Part shown: in pieces, positions 51,080 to 64,000 of the stretch | Layout of the letters: each line of letters starts with the position of its first letter | Numbering within the stretch: position 1 is the first letter of the stretch | Source of the DNA: Octopus vulgaris | Lineage: Eukaryota | Assembly: GCA_951406725.2 (NCBI GenBank) | Contig: OX597815.1 | Coordinates: 208,072,001-208,136,000, forward strand | DNA: 64,000 nt | Direction: 5' to 3' | Position numbers and translations under genes: made by a program | The notes under the pieces: model-generated | Databases searched by the model: none | The model's input: only the letters and a program-made list of their open reading frames with translations | What the model was told of the DNA's origin: nothing

Positions 51080-52320
51080 TGACAAGTGTTTATGTCTCCT
51101 TTTTTCAAGAACAGCTTGATGTATTGGTAAACAGTCAATGGCAGTGGAGAGCATAAAGACTGAAGTTGTAATTGAGAAAAAGTCAGGTGACATGGAGGAC
51201 TGGAAGCCATTTGTATAGTGGCAAAGCGTTACCTGTATCATGAGGATTTAGGCTGAGAGTCAAAATGCCGACATCATGACCTCTGTTCAAAATTCTGTGA
51301 ACACTGTAAAGGCTGCAAGGCATGAGATGGACAGCTGCAAAAGAGACTATGCATCTGTGGCTGGCAGGAAGAGACACAGCTGGTGTTTTGACTACATTTG
51401 CTTTCTGGAATTCAGCCTTGAATCTGTGAACAGAGACTTAAGCTCATTTCAGATGGCTATGTAGACTCACCTCAGATGGCTAAATAGGCTCAATTCAGAT
51501 GGCTATGTAAACTCAATTCTGATGGCTATGTAGGCTCAATTCAAATGGTTATATAGGTTCAATTCAGATGGCTATGTAGACTCAATTCAAATGGATATAT
51601 AAGCTCAATTCAGATGGCTATGTAGGCTCAGTTCAAATGGTTATATAAGCTCAATCCAAATAGTCATATAGGCTCAATTCAGATGACTTTTTAGACTCAA
51701 TCCAAAAATGCTATTTAGGCTCAATTCAAATGGCTATGTAGACTCAATTCAGATGGTTATGTAGGCTTGATTCAAATGACTATGTAGACTCAATTCAAAT
51801 GGCTTGTAGGCTCATCTCAGATGGCTATGTAAAGTGGCTGGAGATAGTGGTCAAATGTTGGCAGGAGTGGGTTGCTGCTGGACAGTAATATGTGTGGCAG
51901 CAGGATTCAGTTCCTTTCCATACCTCTAGAATGAGTCAGAAGCATTTGTTGGAGAATCTCTATGACTTCACCAGCCCCAATTCCTGGTTTCCTAATTTCC
52001 CAATTGTAAACCCATGAATTACTACATGTTGAGAAACACACCAACTGCTCTGCTTGCAATGCCAAGGCCAAGCTGTTGGCTAAGACGAAGGAGGTGTCCA
52101 AAGATCTTCTCAGGGATGCAGTGAGGAACACATGCACCATGTTCCAAAGCAATCGTGAGGCTGTGGTGGAAGCTGTGGGTGTCTACTTTGAGTAAGGTGT
52201 TATCTTCTAGCCATAATCCAGTAAATATTCTTAGATTTCTTTAAACTACCTTTATTTCCAAATGAGATGTTGTTTTCTTTTTCCTTTTATGCAAACTGTC
52301 AAATTTACCCCGAACACCCA
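51080..52320 (+). mobile_element. Decayed, internally deleted Tc1/mariner-superfamily transposon (DD37D, maT-like)
   Basis: YVWQQDSVPFHTS..SW.PN.P.C.PMNY (37 residues between the second D and the third catalytic position after one frameshift) and C-terminal EAVVEAVGVYFE*; N-terminal MEDWKP.. near 51193; right end ..AATTTACCCCGAACACCC resembles a CAGGGTG-type TIR. Confidence 0.82.
51441..51831. repeat. 23-bp minisatellite, 17 units, inside the transposase frame
   Basis: Consensus GGCTCAATTCAGATGGCTATGTA; units counted by eye. Confidence 0.95.
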
Positions 52321-52832
52321 ATAATGGGTTTGCATGAACCTGCATCTACATGGCTGTCTTGCACACACACACATGAATATATGTATGTTATTGTATGTTT
52401 GAATGTATGCACTTGAAATATTTTGTGAAGGAGTCTAATGATGATGACAATGATGCTGATGATGGTAGTGGTGGTGGTGATGCCAATGATGACATCAATT
52501 TAGATGGCATGTAATGATTCCACTGTTCATGATAATGAATTCATTCACTTCAGTGAATGAAATCTGTAATATTGTCCCTGACAACAGATGCAAGAAAAGG
52601 ATTCAATGTGATTGATATAATTAAAGTTCTTATTTCCTAACATTAAGCATAGAGAGAAAAATCCTGGCCATAGGTTAACTGCAGGAAAAAAAAATCACAG
52701 ATAAAAGCCAAACTGCATGGGAATTTCAGCGAGGTCATCTATTGAAAAACATTTGCGGAGAGAAAGTGAACTACTCCATTTCATTCACTGATTCAGAAGC
52801 GGAATATAACAGTTGGCATGGCAGTTAAACAC

Positions 52833-53046
52833 AGTATTATTGGCAGTAATAAACAAAATAGGCTTCTAGCATCAACAATTACCTCTGATTTTCAAAATCT
52901 TGACATTTGTAAGCTGAGAGAATTATGTCTTGTGCAAAAATTTCACCGTCTTAATAAAATCTTTTAAATGGTAATGTTACTAAAATTCTAAAATTAAATT
53001 AAAATAACAGGCAATTTGGTAAGTCAGCTATAATTTATGTATCTTG
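52833..53046. repeat. Left copy of a 214-bp direct repeat flanking a family B SINE
   Basis: Matches 53282-53495 with 5 substitutions by eye. Confidence 0.93.
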
Positions 53047-53281
53047 TTAAGGCGGCGAGCTGGCAGAATCATTAGCACGTCGGGTGAAATGCTTAACGGT
53101 ATTTCGTCTGCCGCTTCGTTCTGAGTTCAAATTCCGCCGAAGTCGACTTTGCCTTTCATCCTTTCGGGGTCGATAAATAAAGTACCAGTTACGCACTGGG
53201 GTCGATGTAATCGACTTAGTACCTATGTCTGTCCTTGTTTGTCCCCTCTGTGTCTAGCCCCTTGTGGGTAGTAAAGAAATA
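53047..53281 (+). mobile_element. Family B SINE, full length
   Basis: Collinear with 5631-5868. Confidence 0.92.
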
Positions 53282-53495
53282 AGTATTATTGGCAGTAATA
53301 AACAAAATAGGCTTCTAGCATCAACAATTACCTCTGATTTTCAAAATCTTGACATTCGTAAGCTGAGAAAATTATGTCTTGTGCAAAAATTTCACTGTGT
53401 TAATAAAATCTTTCAAATGGTAATGTTACTAAAATTCTAAAATTAAATTAAAATAACAGGCAATTTGGTAAGTCAGCTATAATTTATGTATCTTG
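53282..53495. repeat. Right copy of the 214-bp direct repeat
   Basis: See left copy. Confidence 0.93.
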
Positions 53496-53772
53496 GTTGC
53501 TAACTCATACTGCTTCTCAATGCTACTAACTATGCCCTCATTATGCGTATAGCTGATAAGGGATGTGAGAACCTTTGTGGTGATTCCAACCAAACATATT
53601 GATTGATATCCATAATGTCATCGCTTTCACTTTCACCAAACTTTTCACTTTTGCATTCTTTATAGATATTAATATTCATTTATGGAAGCACTTGAAAGTG
53701 TTTCCTCTACTTAAGAACAACACTGCCGATGCTGCCAACTTCCATCCTTGCTGTTGCAACACCTCTCAAAGT

Positions 53773-53996
53773 CAATTGAAATTGTCGTCGACTATCAACT
53801 CTATAACCATCTTCAATTTCTTATACCTCCTCAGTAATCATAAATACAGGTTCTGCAGAGCCAAATCTACCAGACACTTGCAAATACAATTGAAACTGTC
53901 ATCGACAATCAACTCTACAGCCATCTTCAATCTCTTATACCTCCTCAGAAATCATATTCCACAGATTCCACAGAGCCAAATCATTTAGATACTTGC
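53773..53996. repeat. Diverged tandem duplication, period 114 bp
   Basis: CAATTGAAA.TGTC.TCGAC.ATCAACTCTA..TTATACCTCCTCAG..AGAGCCAAATC occurs twice. Confidence 0.85.
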
Positions 53997-54039
53997 TCTC
54001 ATATCTCATACATCTCTGATCATTCACTCACTCAGAGGA

Positions 54040-55320
54040 ACTTCGTCAACAGCAGTGTTATTGTCTTTAACAATATTAAAGCTTTAACCAAATCTTGTAA
54101 GGTAATCTGCTTATAAACTCTAATCATGTCTGCATCTCTTAGACTGGGAGTTTTTTGTCACAGTGACATGTATCAACAGGGATCTCTATATTCAAGAGAC
54201 TGTAATCTCTGGTATTACCTCAGAGTTTCATTATGTCTTCTAGTCTCTTCTTCATTGAAGTAATATGTTCAAAAAGGCAATGCAGTAATAATGTAACAGC
54301 CTACTTTCATTCAACAACACTAAGCTGTAGTCCTTACATATATCAGGAAAATAAACCTGAAATATTACACCTTTCTTACTCAACTATAAAACTTCATAAA
54401 TTTTACATTTGCTTGGGCACATAATTTCTCATTACCATTAAAATCAAAATCAAAACATCAAAATCGATCAACATGAATGGAAATTGTAGCTGTGATACCA
54501 GTGCTGGTGGCACATAAGAGAACCCTCCGAATGTGGCCGTTGCCAGTGCCGCCCTGACTGGCTTCCGTGCCAGTGGCACGTAAAAAGCACCATCCGATCA
54601 TGGCCGTTTGCCAGCCTCGCCTGGCCTCCGTGCCGGTGGCACGTAAAAAGCATCATCCGATCGTGGCCGTTCGCCAGCCTCATCTGGCACCTGTGCCGGT
54701 GGTACGTAAAAAGCACCCACTACACTCATGGAGTGGTTGGCGTTAGGAAGGGCATCCAGCTGTAGAAACACTGCCAGATCAGACTGGGCCTGGTGCAGCC
54801 TTCTGGCTTCCCAGACCCCAGTTGCACCGTCCAACCCATGCCAGCATGGAAAGTGGATGCTAAACGATGATGATGATGATGATGATTAACTGTGACCCAC
54901 ATTTCTATAACATAACTAAACCTACACCTCAAAGGCTTGGCGTCCTTTATCAAGACCACAATATGCTTAAACTTTGATCAGCCATGAATCTGTTGCACTG
55001 TTCTACACGAATGCAATCCACAGAGTAATTCTCATACACTTTCAGAAGGAGCAACTGTTACAAATATAAACATCCTAAATCCCATCCAGATGAAGGCTCA
55101 CTCGCTGACTGACAATTCTCCACTTACTAACATGAAAACAATAACCTCTAGTCTATCAGTATATTATATATTCTCTGTCATTTTTAGACTAACTTCAACC
55201 ATTCCTGTTCCTCTAAACTTGGAAATTGTGCACCATCTGTACTAAAACACAGCATCATCTCTACAAAGGCTCACCTTCAAACCCCTTTCTAAACTTTACA
55301 ACAGTCTTTCCTCTCTCAGA
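54040..55320 (+). mobile_element. Highly decayed CR1/L2/Jockey-group LINE RT region, interrupted by family E
   Basis: Remnants LPQSFIMSSSLFFI (like VPQGSILSP.LF.I), NITK..PQRLGVL and NINILNPIQMKA (like ILDRIQ.KA). Confidence 0.5.
54465..54886 (+). mobile_element. Family E element with 3.5 internal units of about 63 bp
   Basis: GTGCC(G/A)GTGGCACGTAAAAAGCA-type units, then the common 3' body and (GAT)n. Confidence 0.88.
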
Positions 55321-55469
55321 ATTACAATGTTCTCCCTGTCCATATTTTCCCTTCAAACATCAACCTGCAGCTGATTAATATAAATGTCAGTTGTATAACC
55401 CTCAAAAGTCCCCAAAAGATTGTAAAGGTTATAGTGTTTTTCGTTCTTAAACTTATGACAAAATCCGAC

Positions 55470-55780
55470 TTGACAAAAATATCCTGATTGTTTAGTTGAC
55501 AGTACCTTGGGGAGGCAATATAGTGTGGATGTATGAAAGAAAGTGTCAAAATGTAAAGGGCTTAGATGATCATGTGAAGCACAAGGATGACAATGTACCA
55601 GTGGTTCAAGAAGAGACTGGTTGTTGTTGGGGTTTAGCTGAATCAACCATAAAGTTCTATCTGGATGATAAGTACTTAGGAAGGATAGTAGAGTAATAAT
55701 TTACAAGCTGGAGAAGCAATCAAAACAATACTTCATCAGAGATGTGACAGAGACATGTGGAAGAAAGAGCAAAGCTGAAA
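55470..55780 (+). mobile_element. Decayed restriction-like endonuclease domain of a HERO/NeSL-type non-LTR retrotransposon
   Basis: ILIV*LTVPWGGNIVWMYERK (like IELTVPWE.N...A.ERK) and EETGCCWGLAESTIKF (like EVGCRG....ST..F). Confidence 0.55.
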
Positions 55781-56075
55781 ACAAAGAACAAATCCTCAGA
55801 GAAATGGCAGAAAGCAAAATAGTTGCAGCTAGATTGAAGTGGCTACAACTGCGACCAGTTTGGTTGTGGCGACTGCAAGATAACAGACAGAAAAAGCATG
55901 TTACAATGTGGATCTAAGCAACAAAGATTCTCTGATAGCATAAATGTATCAATGCTGTTCTGCATTGTTAGACAAGTGACACTGTTGTATGAGGACAAAG
56001 TTATTGCAATGTCCAGTCACCAGCGGATAAAGGAAATGACCTGCTGTACATGCTGTATGTAGTATATATATATAC

Positions 56076-56121
<46 letters not shown>

Positions 56122-56126
<5 letters not shown>

Positions 56127-56326
56127 TGCAACGTGGAAGGTGTTTATAAGCCATTTAAGAAACACACAAAAGCCGTTCGATTCACTTCAACATTTAAGTT
56201 TAATTAGTGAATCGAACGGCTTTTGTGTGTTTCTTAAATGGCTTATAAACACCTTCCACGCTGCAATTGTTTTCGTTTCAGCACACGATCTCAGATCAAA
56301 TTACTTGCTATGCGAGTACATCTCCG

Positions 56327-56330
<4 letters not shown>
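56122..56330. mobile_element. Fold-back pLTR-like remnant in (TA)n, centre apparently deleted
   Basis: 65-bp arms 56122-56186 / 56206-56270 (1 mismatch), 19-nt loop, 60-bp extension on the right arm. Confidence 0.65.
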
Positions 56331-56367
<37 letters not shown>

Positions 56368-56759
56368 TATACAATAAGCAGCCCTATAATATAAACATCA
56401 TCAATATCACAAACTTAATGCATATGTGTTATTTAAAGTACAGAAGCTGTAGGTTTTCATTTTTTTTCCATTTTTTTTTCTTTTTTCTTTTTTTCTTAGA
56501 CTAGTGATTCTGATTTGGAATTGATGCAAGTACACAAGCATTGATAAGCTTCTATTATAACAAAAATACGGTATCTGCCCCTCTTGTGATCCTTTCTAGG
56601 GGTGATTTCGTCTTGCCTACTTCTGAGGTATATTGTGTTTTTTGAACACTACATGTCTTTAAATGGATTCTTACTCGATGAAAAAACCACATCCTTTGGC
56701 TTTTAATCAACACATACATATTAAGTTTGCGGTATTGACAATGCTTGCACTCACACACA

Positions 56760-56877
56760 AACACATATATCTGTATGTGTATGCATATATATGAGTGAGT
56801 ATTTATATGTATATATAATATAAATATTATATATATTCATATATCATTTTACATATATATATATACACACACACATA

Positions 56878-56944
<67 letters not shown>

Positions 56945-57192
56945 ATATATATACATATATATATATACATATATAATATATATATATGATATATATATAA
57001 TATATATACATACATATATATTATATATATATGATATATACATACATATATATGATATATATATAATATATATACATACATATATATTATATATATATGA
57101 TATATATACATACATATATATGATATGATATATATAATATATATACATATATACTTATATATTATATATATATATATATATTTATACATACA

Positions 57193-57233
<41 letters not shown>

Positions 57234-57248
57234 CATACATATATATTA

Positions 57249-57300
<52 letters not shown>

Positions 57301-57305
57301 ACGCA
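56760..57305. repeat. Compound (TA)n microsatellite/minisatellite
   Basis: Direct inspection. Confidence 0.93.
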
Positions 57306-57864
57306 CACCAAAACTTACCAATTAGTTTACTTGAATAAGAATTTGAGACATTTTCAATTTGGGTAGTAGCTGTACGTTTTTTTTTCTCCGAAGAATCTAC
57401 TCCATTAATAATTTTGGTTAAATATATCCATATTGAATAAGTGATAAACACAACTAAAGCTCTATATTTATGAAAAATATTTTATTGACCAAAGTATATA
57501 CAAAAGCTGTTATTTTGTTGTTTTTGTTTTTTTTTTATTCATTTATTTTTGCGTGTTTTTTTTTTCCTTTATACATTACAGAGCTAGAAAAATCGATATA
57601 TACATCAGTTTGGGTCACAAGCAGACGTTGATGAGTTTTCAATTGGATTCAGGTTTTTACAAGATTTCCTATTTCCATAATTAACATTGTCAATAACAGT
57701 GTCAATAATGTGAAGGGGGAAATTCAGAGACTAACTTTCAGAATGTATGTAGCATAGTGTGGGGGTGGGTGGGAGGTGGAGGGATGGGGGAAATCAACAC
57801 CAAACTAGATGAATAGATAAATAAAAGGAAATAAAAATGTATGCACAAAGACATACAAACACAC

Positions 57865-57865
57865 A

Positions 57866-57940
<75 letters not shown>

Positions 57941-58284
57941 GTATATATATATATATATGTATATATGTATATATATACAGGAACACAAAACATATGTATG
58001 TAATTGCAATATATGACAAGCACAGAGATACGGAATCGTACCAATGAAAACATAGATAAGCAGAAGCTAATATATACACACACATAGTTAGTCACCAGAG
58101 TATATTTGCACATATAGTTGGATATAGTAAATACATAGATTTATGGACATATACTAATTCACATATACACAGACATGGATATATACATACATACATACAT
58201 ACATATACATATATATATATAATAAATATATATATATATTTATAATATATATATATATCTATATATACATACACATACGCACGC

Positions 58285-58356
<72 letters not shown>

Positions 58357-59035
58357 TACATGTATGTATATATATATATGGATATATATACTCACACATA
58401 AAGTCACACGAGTACACACATGTAATCACACCCATGCTCCCATACCCACCCACAGAAATATAGAGTAAAAGAGAGAGAGACAGACAGAGAGAGAGAGAAA
58501 GAGAGAGAGATGTAATGAAAAAGAAACGGTATAAGCTAACGATATTTGTTTTTCGTAGCAGCTGAAACAGAAAAGTGATTTCTAAACCAAATGTGGAAAA
58601 TATAAAATAAAACAAAGTTATGACCACCACCTCCAACTTTCATACACACACACACACACATGCGTATACATATTTACTTACATATATGCATTTATACATT
58701 CATACGTTATAGTGCATGTATGCGCTTATAAATAGATATATGGATGCATGTATACATACATTCATACATATTTGTGTATACATACATATATGTATAGATG
58801 CATACAAGCATCCATTCACACATGCATACATGCATTCATACATGCATGTAAACATACGTACATGTATGTAGAAATACTTACAATTATTCACTCATCCATC
58901 CGTCCATCCATCTATTTATCTATCTATCCATCAGTCCCTCTATCTATCCAACCTCCCCATCCATCCTCTATCAATCCAATTTCCCCATCCATCCGCCCAT
59001 CCATCCATCCATCCACCCATCCATACATGCATGTA
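57865..59035. repeat. Microsatellite cluster: (TA)n, (CA)n, (GA)n, (ATCC)n
   Basis: Direct inspection. Confidence 0.85.
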
Positions 59036-59497
59036 TAGAACGTACATAGATGCATACGCTCGCTCACTTATGGACAAATGCACATTCGTAGATGAAATTT
59101 TGAAGTTATATATATTGAAATATGATAAATGACAAATGTCTTCCTAAGCTTCAAAAGCTGGTTGGTGCTTAGCTTGAGTTTCAATAGAATTAAATGGATA
59201 AGAGATGCATTGGACAGCAGTCTATCATAGGTCAAATTCCCAGAAGATCTAGTGTCTACTTATTCTCTGACACAAGTAGAATTAAGAGTTCTTCCCAGAG
59301 AAAACAATGAAATGCCTGCAGCGGATATGAAGTTATAAGTTGTGAGGTTGGTTGTGCAATACATTATCTTGGTCAATCCATCTTTACAACGGTATAGACT
59401 CACATATGTATATGAACATATTTTTGTGTATATTCATGTACGCAAATACATATACACACATATATGTACACATATACATACACACACATGCATATGC

Positions 59498-59528
<31 letters not shown>

Positions 59529-60159
59529 GGCGTTATGTGCGCATTTATCATATACACATATATCCAAATGCATTTGTTCATTAATATGAATTCATCTACA
59601 ACCATGCTGGAGCAACACTCACATGTTGTTGACTTTCTAGCATTTTGTTAATCAGCATAATCTTACATACATACATACTCACACACATGCACATACATAC
59701 ACATAGAATATAAATATATATACTTTATAGATAGATATGAATATATATATATGTGTGTATGAATATATTTGGATGTATAATACATATATACATACACATA
59801 TTATGCATATACATACACACACACATACATATATATATATATGTTTATGATCTCTGTAACATAACATAATGCAATAAGGTAATCTCATGATGATCTGTTG
59901 TGGTTAAGTGTCTGATTGCACATGAAACATCCAATGCTGATATTCCAAACAACCACAATGTTGAAACATATGCAGGGACCCAATGATATAAACTTGCGTT
60001 TATCACAGTTTCTCCTACATTTTTCTTTTGTATATCATAACCAGTAATGCTACTTGGGAAGCAGGGTGGATGATAATAATCTATGGGGAACTCTAAATTC
60101 AAAAGCAGCAGTCATACATTAAAACTGCACTCACAAGATATAAGATATATATATATGTA

Positions 60160-60469
60160 TGTGCCTTACTGGCCCATGAAAAAGCATTCGAGCGAGGTCA
60201 TTGTCAGTGCCGCTAGACTGGCTCCTGTGCAGGTGGCACATAAAAAAAACACCACTTGAGCATGGCCGTTGCCAGTACTGCCTGACTGGCCCTTATGCCG
60301 GTGGCATGTAAAAGCACCCACTACACTCTTGGAGTCATTGGCGTTAGGAAGGGCATCCAGCTGTAGAAACTCTGCCAGATCAGACTGGAGCCTGGTGCAG
60401 CCATCTGGTTCACCAGTCCTCAGTCAAATCGTCCAACCCATGCTAGCATGGAAAGTGAATGTTAAACGA

Positions 60470-60474
<5 letters not shown>
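60160..60474 (+). mobile_element. Family E element
   Basis: Internal units plus GGAAGGGCATCCAGCTGTAG and GAT tail. Confidence 0.83.
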
Positions 60475-60508
<34 letters not shown>

Positions 60509-60812
60509 TATAGGTATATGAATGTGTATGTGCGGGTGTGAAATTAAATAAATGACAAAAAAACAGGATATTATGCAATGAACTTCATTAGCTTACAGGT
60601 GTTTCTGTTAGATGTAGTGCACTTAGTGCTGAGTACATGTGTTTCTGCAGAGTTTCAAATGTATATATTTAAGCATACACACACACACACATTAGAATTT
60701 TCTCCGGCATAGATTGAATGGTTCCTTCAAATATGTGAACCTTTAATAATGTTAATAAGGTCATTACAGAATGATTGACACCCTAACAAGCCACCCAACC
60801 TTTTAGAAATAC

Positions 60813-61108
60813 CTATTTCTTTATTACCCACAAGGGGCTAAACACAGAGGGGACAAACAAGGACAGGCATAGGTATTAAGTCGATTACATCGACCCCAGT
60901 TCGTAACTAGTACTTAATTTATCGACCCCGAAAGGATGAAAGGCGGAATTTGAACTCACAACGTAACGCAGACGAAATAGGTACTTATTTCATGACCTTG
61001 AAAAGATGAAAGGCAAAGTCGACCTCAGCAGAATTTGAACTCAGAATGTAGTGATGGGCAAAATGCCACTAGCATTTTGCCCAGCATGCTAACGATTCTG
61101 CCAGCTTG
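60813..61108 (-). mobile_element. Compound family B SINE (young 3' copy joined to an older 5' copy)
   Basis: GTACTTA..GATGAAAGGC..GAATTTGAACTCA segment occurs twice. Confidence 0.78.
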
Positions 61109-61914
61109 ATAATGATAGCTATTTTACTAAATTCTTCATCATTTTCAAGATTCATAGATGTGTGTATCGTATGTCTCAGTTTTTGTTTCCCAACAACTGA
61201 TGTTTGTTTATGTCCCTGAAATATTCTTTGTTACATCATTCCATAGCTTTCTCAACGGACATAAATTTTCCCCTTCTTTCTTTTAAAAGAAAACTTTTTT
61301 AAGTGCATAAATAAACAGCAACTGTTTTGATAAAGCAAGAGAATCAAAATATAAAATGGGAATACACGAACAAGAGACACTAAATTTCTATGTAAAGTTA
61401 CAGGCATGCAGTGCAGAAAGATCATAAAAGTTACATTAATTTTAAAAATAAATTCTGTCCTCAGAGAGAAGCAACGTCCAAATGAAATAGCCAAAGCTTT
61501 ACAGCTTCAATGCCATTGATCTTTAACATCTCTTAGTCAAGCAGAATGTGATGTCAGACAACACTAGAGCAGACCAGACTAAACCAGATCAAACCAGATT
61601 AGACTAGACAAGACCAAACCAGAGCAGAACAGATGAGATCAAACCAATAGGTAATATTTATTCAAATACTGTTTCTTAATGAATATGGAACACTTGAAAC
61701 ACAGATATATTAGATAATAGCTGTACAATTTCAACGAAACGATATAAAATGAAATTGGTAAAGTTGAATTTCTTTAAATTGAATTAGAGTCAAGTTTTCA
61801 ACACGATATGTGATTACAAAAAGCTGTTTTTCAGTTATATAATATAGATCTAATATGATATGGTTTAATGTATAGCTGAGTGACTGTATGTATTTGCATT
61901 TATATATGAACAAA

Positions 61915-62389
61915 ACCATCTTTTAGCTCTTACATGTTTCATTCATTGGACTGTGGCTTTGCTGGTTTTTCATCATACAAACTGACACCAGTGCTTATTT
62001 TGTAACACAGATACTTATTCTAGCAGTCTATTTTGCTGAAACCACTAAGTTATGAGGATGTAATCAAACCAACACCAGTTGTCAAGTAATGGAGTGGGGA
62101 CAAACACTGACACACACACACACACACATACATGATTATGGTGGGTTTCCACACAGTTTTCATCTGTCAAATTCACTCACAAGACACTGGTTGACCTGGA
62201 GCTGTAGTGGAAGACACTTGCCCAAGGTGACTTGCAGTGGAACTGAACCCAATATACCCCGGGACTTATTCTTTGTAAGCCCAGTACTTATTCTATCGGT
62301 CTCTTTTGCCGAACCGCTAAGTGACGGGGACGTAAACACACCAGCATCGGTTGTCAAGCAATGCTAGGGGGACAAACACAGACACACAA

Positions 62390-62422
<33 letters not shown>

Positions 62423-62592
62423 CATATATACGACAGGCTTCTTTCAGTTTCCGTCTACCAAATCCACTCACAAGGCTTTGGTCGGCCCGAGGCTCTAGTA
62501 GAAGACACCTGCCCAGGATACAATGCAGTGGGACTGAACCCGGAACCATGTGGTTGGTTAGCAAGCTACTTACCACACAGCCACGCCTGCGC
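61915..62592 (-). mobile_element. Two abutting family A SINEs (old about 61915-62250, young about 62255-62592)
   Basis: Both collinear with the reverse complement of 7908-8319. Confidence 0.83.
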
Positions 62593-63074
62593 ATTAGAGT
62601 ATCATTTGCTGTGTATTATTCTCAAATTCTAAATCTGATGCTTATCATTCACAATTATACATCTTTTATCTTTTACTTGCTTCAGTCATTAGATTCTGGC
62701 CATACTGGGCCACAGTCTTGGAGGATTTTAGTTGAGCAAATCTACCCCTGTACTTATTTTTGAGTTTTTTTATACTTGTTTTAGTCATTTGACACTGGCC
62801 ATGCTGGACCCTTATTCTATCAGTTTTTCTTGCCAAGCTGGAATTTTTAACATTTGTTACAGGTTTCTAAATATTACAAGTCTTTATTTATAATTAATGA
62901 GTACATAAATAAATATTTTGCATGTTGTAATTTCAGAAATTTCTTTTATCGTATGAGTGTTAAGAAAATATTCAAAGATAGCAAAATACAAAGCAAAGAA
63001 TATCCTCATGTTTTATATGATGATATTCATACAAAATATTATAAAATCATATCTCTCCATTTATATATATACAA

Positions 63075-63291
63075 ATAAGAAAATGGAGGAAAAAATTCAT
63101 TTCAATCATCAACTTACAGATATTACCATTTCATATTATTTATTAACTAGGAACATCCAAATCGAACAAAACAATATACATCAATATGCAAGATAATAAT
63201 ACCATAAGAATAATACACATAAAATGGACCTTACAGCTGTTTCAGCCTATAGATAAAAGTACACCCTCATAACCCTTATCTTACTTTGTAC

Positions 63292-63292
<1 letters not shown>
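63075..63292 (-). mobile_element. Possible truncated pLTR-like fragment in (TA)n with the 3' half of a hammerhead
   Basis: Minus strand GGCT-GAAA-CAGCTG-TA-AGGTCC (63226-63247) with palindromic ACAGCTGT; no CTGANGA half. Confidence 0.4.
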
Positions 63293-63324
<32 letters not shown>

Positions 63325-64000
63325 TTGTATCATCATTATCATATCATCGTATATATTCATATATATATCGTTTTGTTTTTAAAATTCCAAGTTATCTCGA
63401 TATCAAAATAGAATATTATTTAAAGTTCTTGGGAATTCTTTCTGATAAATGTTACACACAATACATGAAATATGTGCAGTATATGAACATGCAACATGAT
63501 ATCTAGTTATCATTTTATAGAAATAAAACATATGCAAGGTACTATCAGAGTGAAACATTATGTTTAATATCTAACATGTGGTGGTATTTAAAGACTTAAA
63601 ACATCTTAAATGCATTTATAATTCATTTGAACAATTCAATTGATAAATGATATAAATATGGATTTTTAAAATCGTCAGCATCTTTCTAAAATTGATATAA
63701 CATCCCAGAAATGCTGTTGCTGAGATTCAATGTTAAAATATTGATATGATTTAATAATGAGATAACGATGAAAGCAAATAAAAAGAAACCAAACTAATAA
63801 TGCTACGGTTGTTTTATTCCTACTTTTAATTTTCTGCCTTTTGTTTTGTTTTTTTTCCTGGTACATATAAACAATAAATATTCAAGCAATCATTAATCAC
63901 TTCTTTCAGAGATCTTTACAAATTAAAACAAGAATGTGTATGTATGGACATATGTGTGTGTGTGTGTTATGTTTATGAATAATATCTAATAATCTTGTCA

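Noticed and set aside
50572-51156. Longest ORF in the track (194 aa)
   Set aside because: Spans a family A SINE tail, a D-like SINE and a transposon end; chance read-through.
54500-54720. Repeat-spacer pattern resembling a CRISPR array
   Set aside because: The spacers are homologous to each other, the array is an internal part of a dispersed eukaryotic repeat, and no cas genes are present.
60585-60662. Possible minus-strand hammerhead (GAAA-CACCTG-TA-AGC)
   Set aside because: Stem III palindrome is broken and no convincing core or stem I could be built.

Overview
AT-rich, repeat-saturated eukaryotic DNA. The microsatellite load and SINE families match what I recall of an octopod cephalopod (Octopus-like) genome; this assignment is an inference. 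The window looks intronic or intergenic and no host protein-coding gene can be called with confidence; nearly all ORFs in the track are microsatellite or SINE read-throughs. It holds four recurring tRNA-headed SINE types (working labels A-D), a (GAT)n-tailed non-autonomous retroelement (label E), and decayed fragments of CR1, RTE and other LINEs. DNA transposon relics include a Tigger-like and a DD37D (maT-like) transposase, piggyBac-like MITEs and Helitron termini. There is also an intron-containing tRNA-Lys-like SINE head with an apparent UUA anticodon. The most notable signal is a set of at least five unrelated families of short Penelope-like (pLTR-type) elements. Each carries a minimal type-I hammerhead ribozyme motif with a very short, in most cases palindromic, stem III. 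Most sit in (TA)n tracts and several are built as fold-backs. One couples a GIY-YIG stub, a tRNA-like Pol III promoter and a hammerhead inside one target-site duplication (TSD). Another has a compensatory U3-A8 core in a 281-nt tandem, retrozyme-like layout. All calls were made by eye; degenerate-element boundaries are approximate (tens of bp) and no ribozyme activity is demonstrated.
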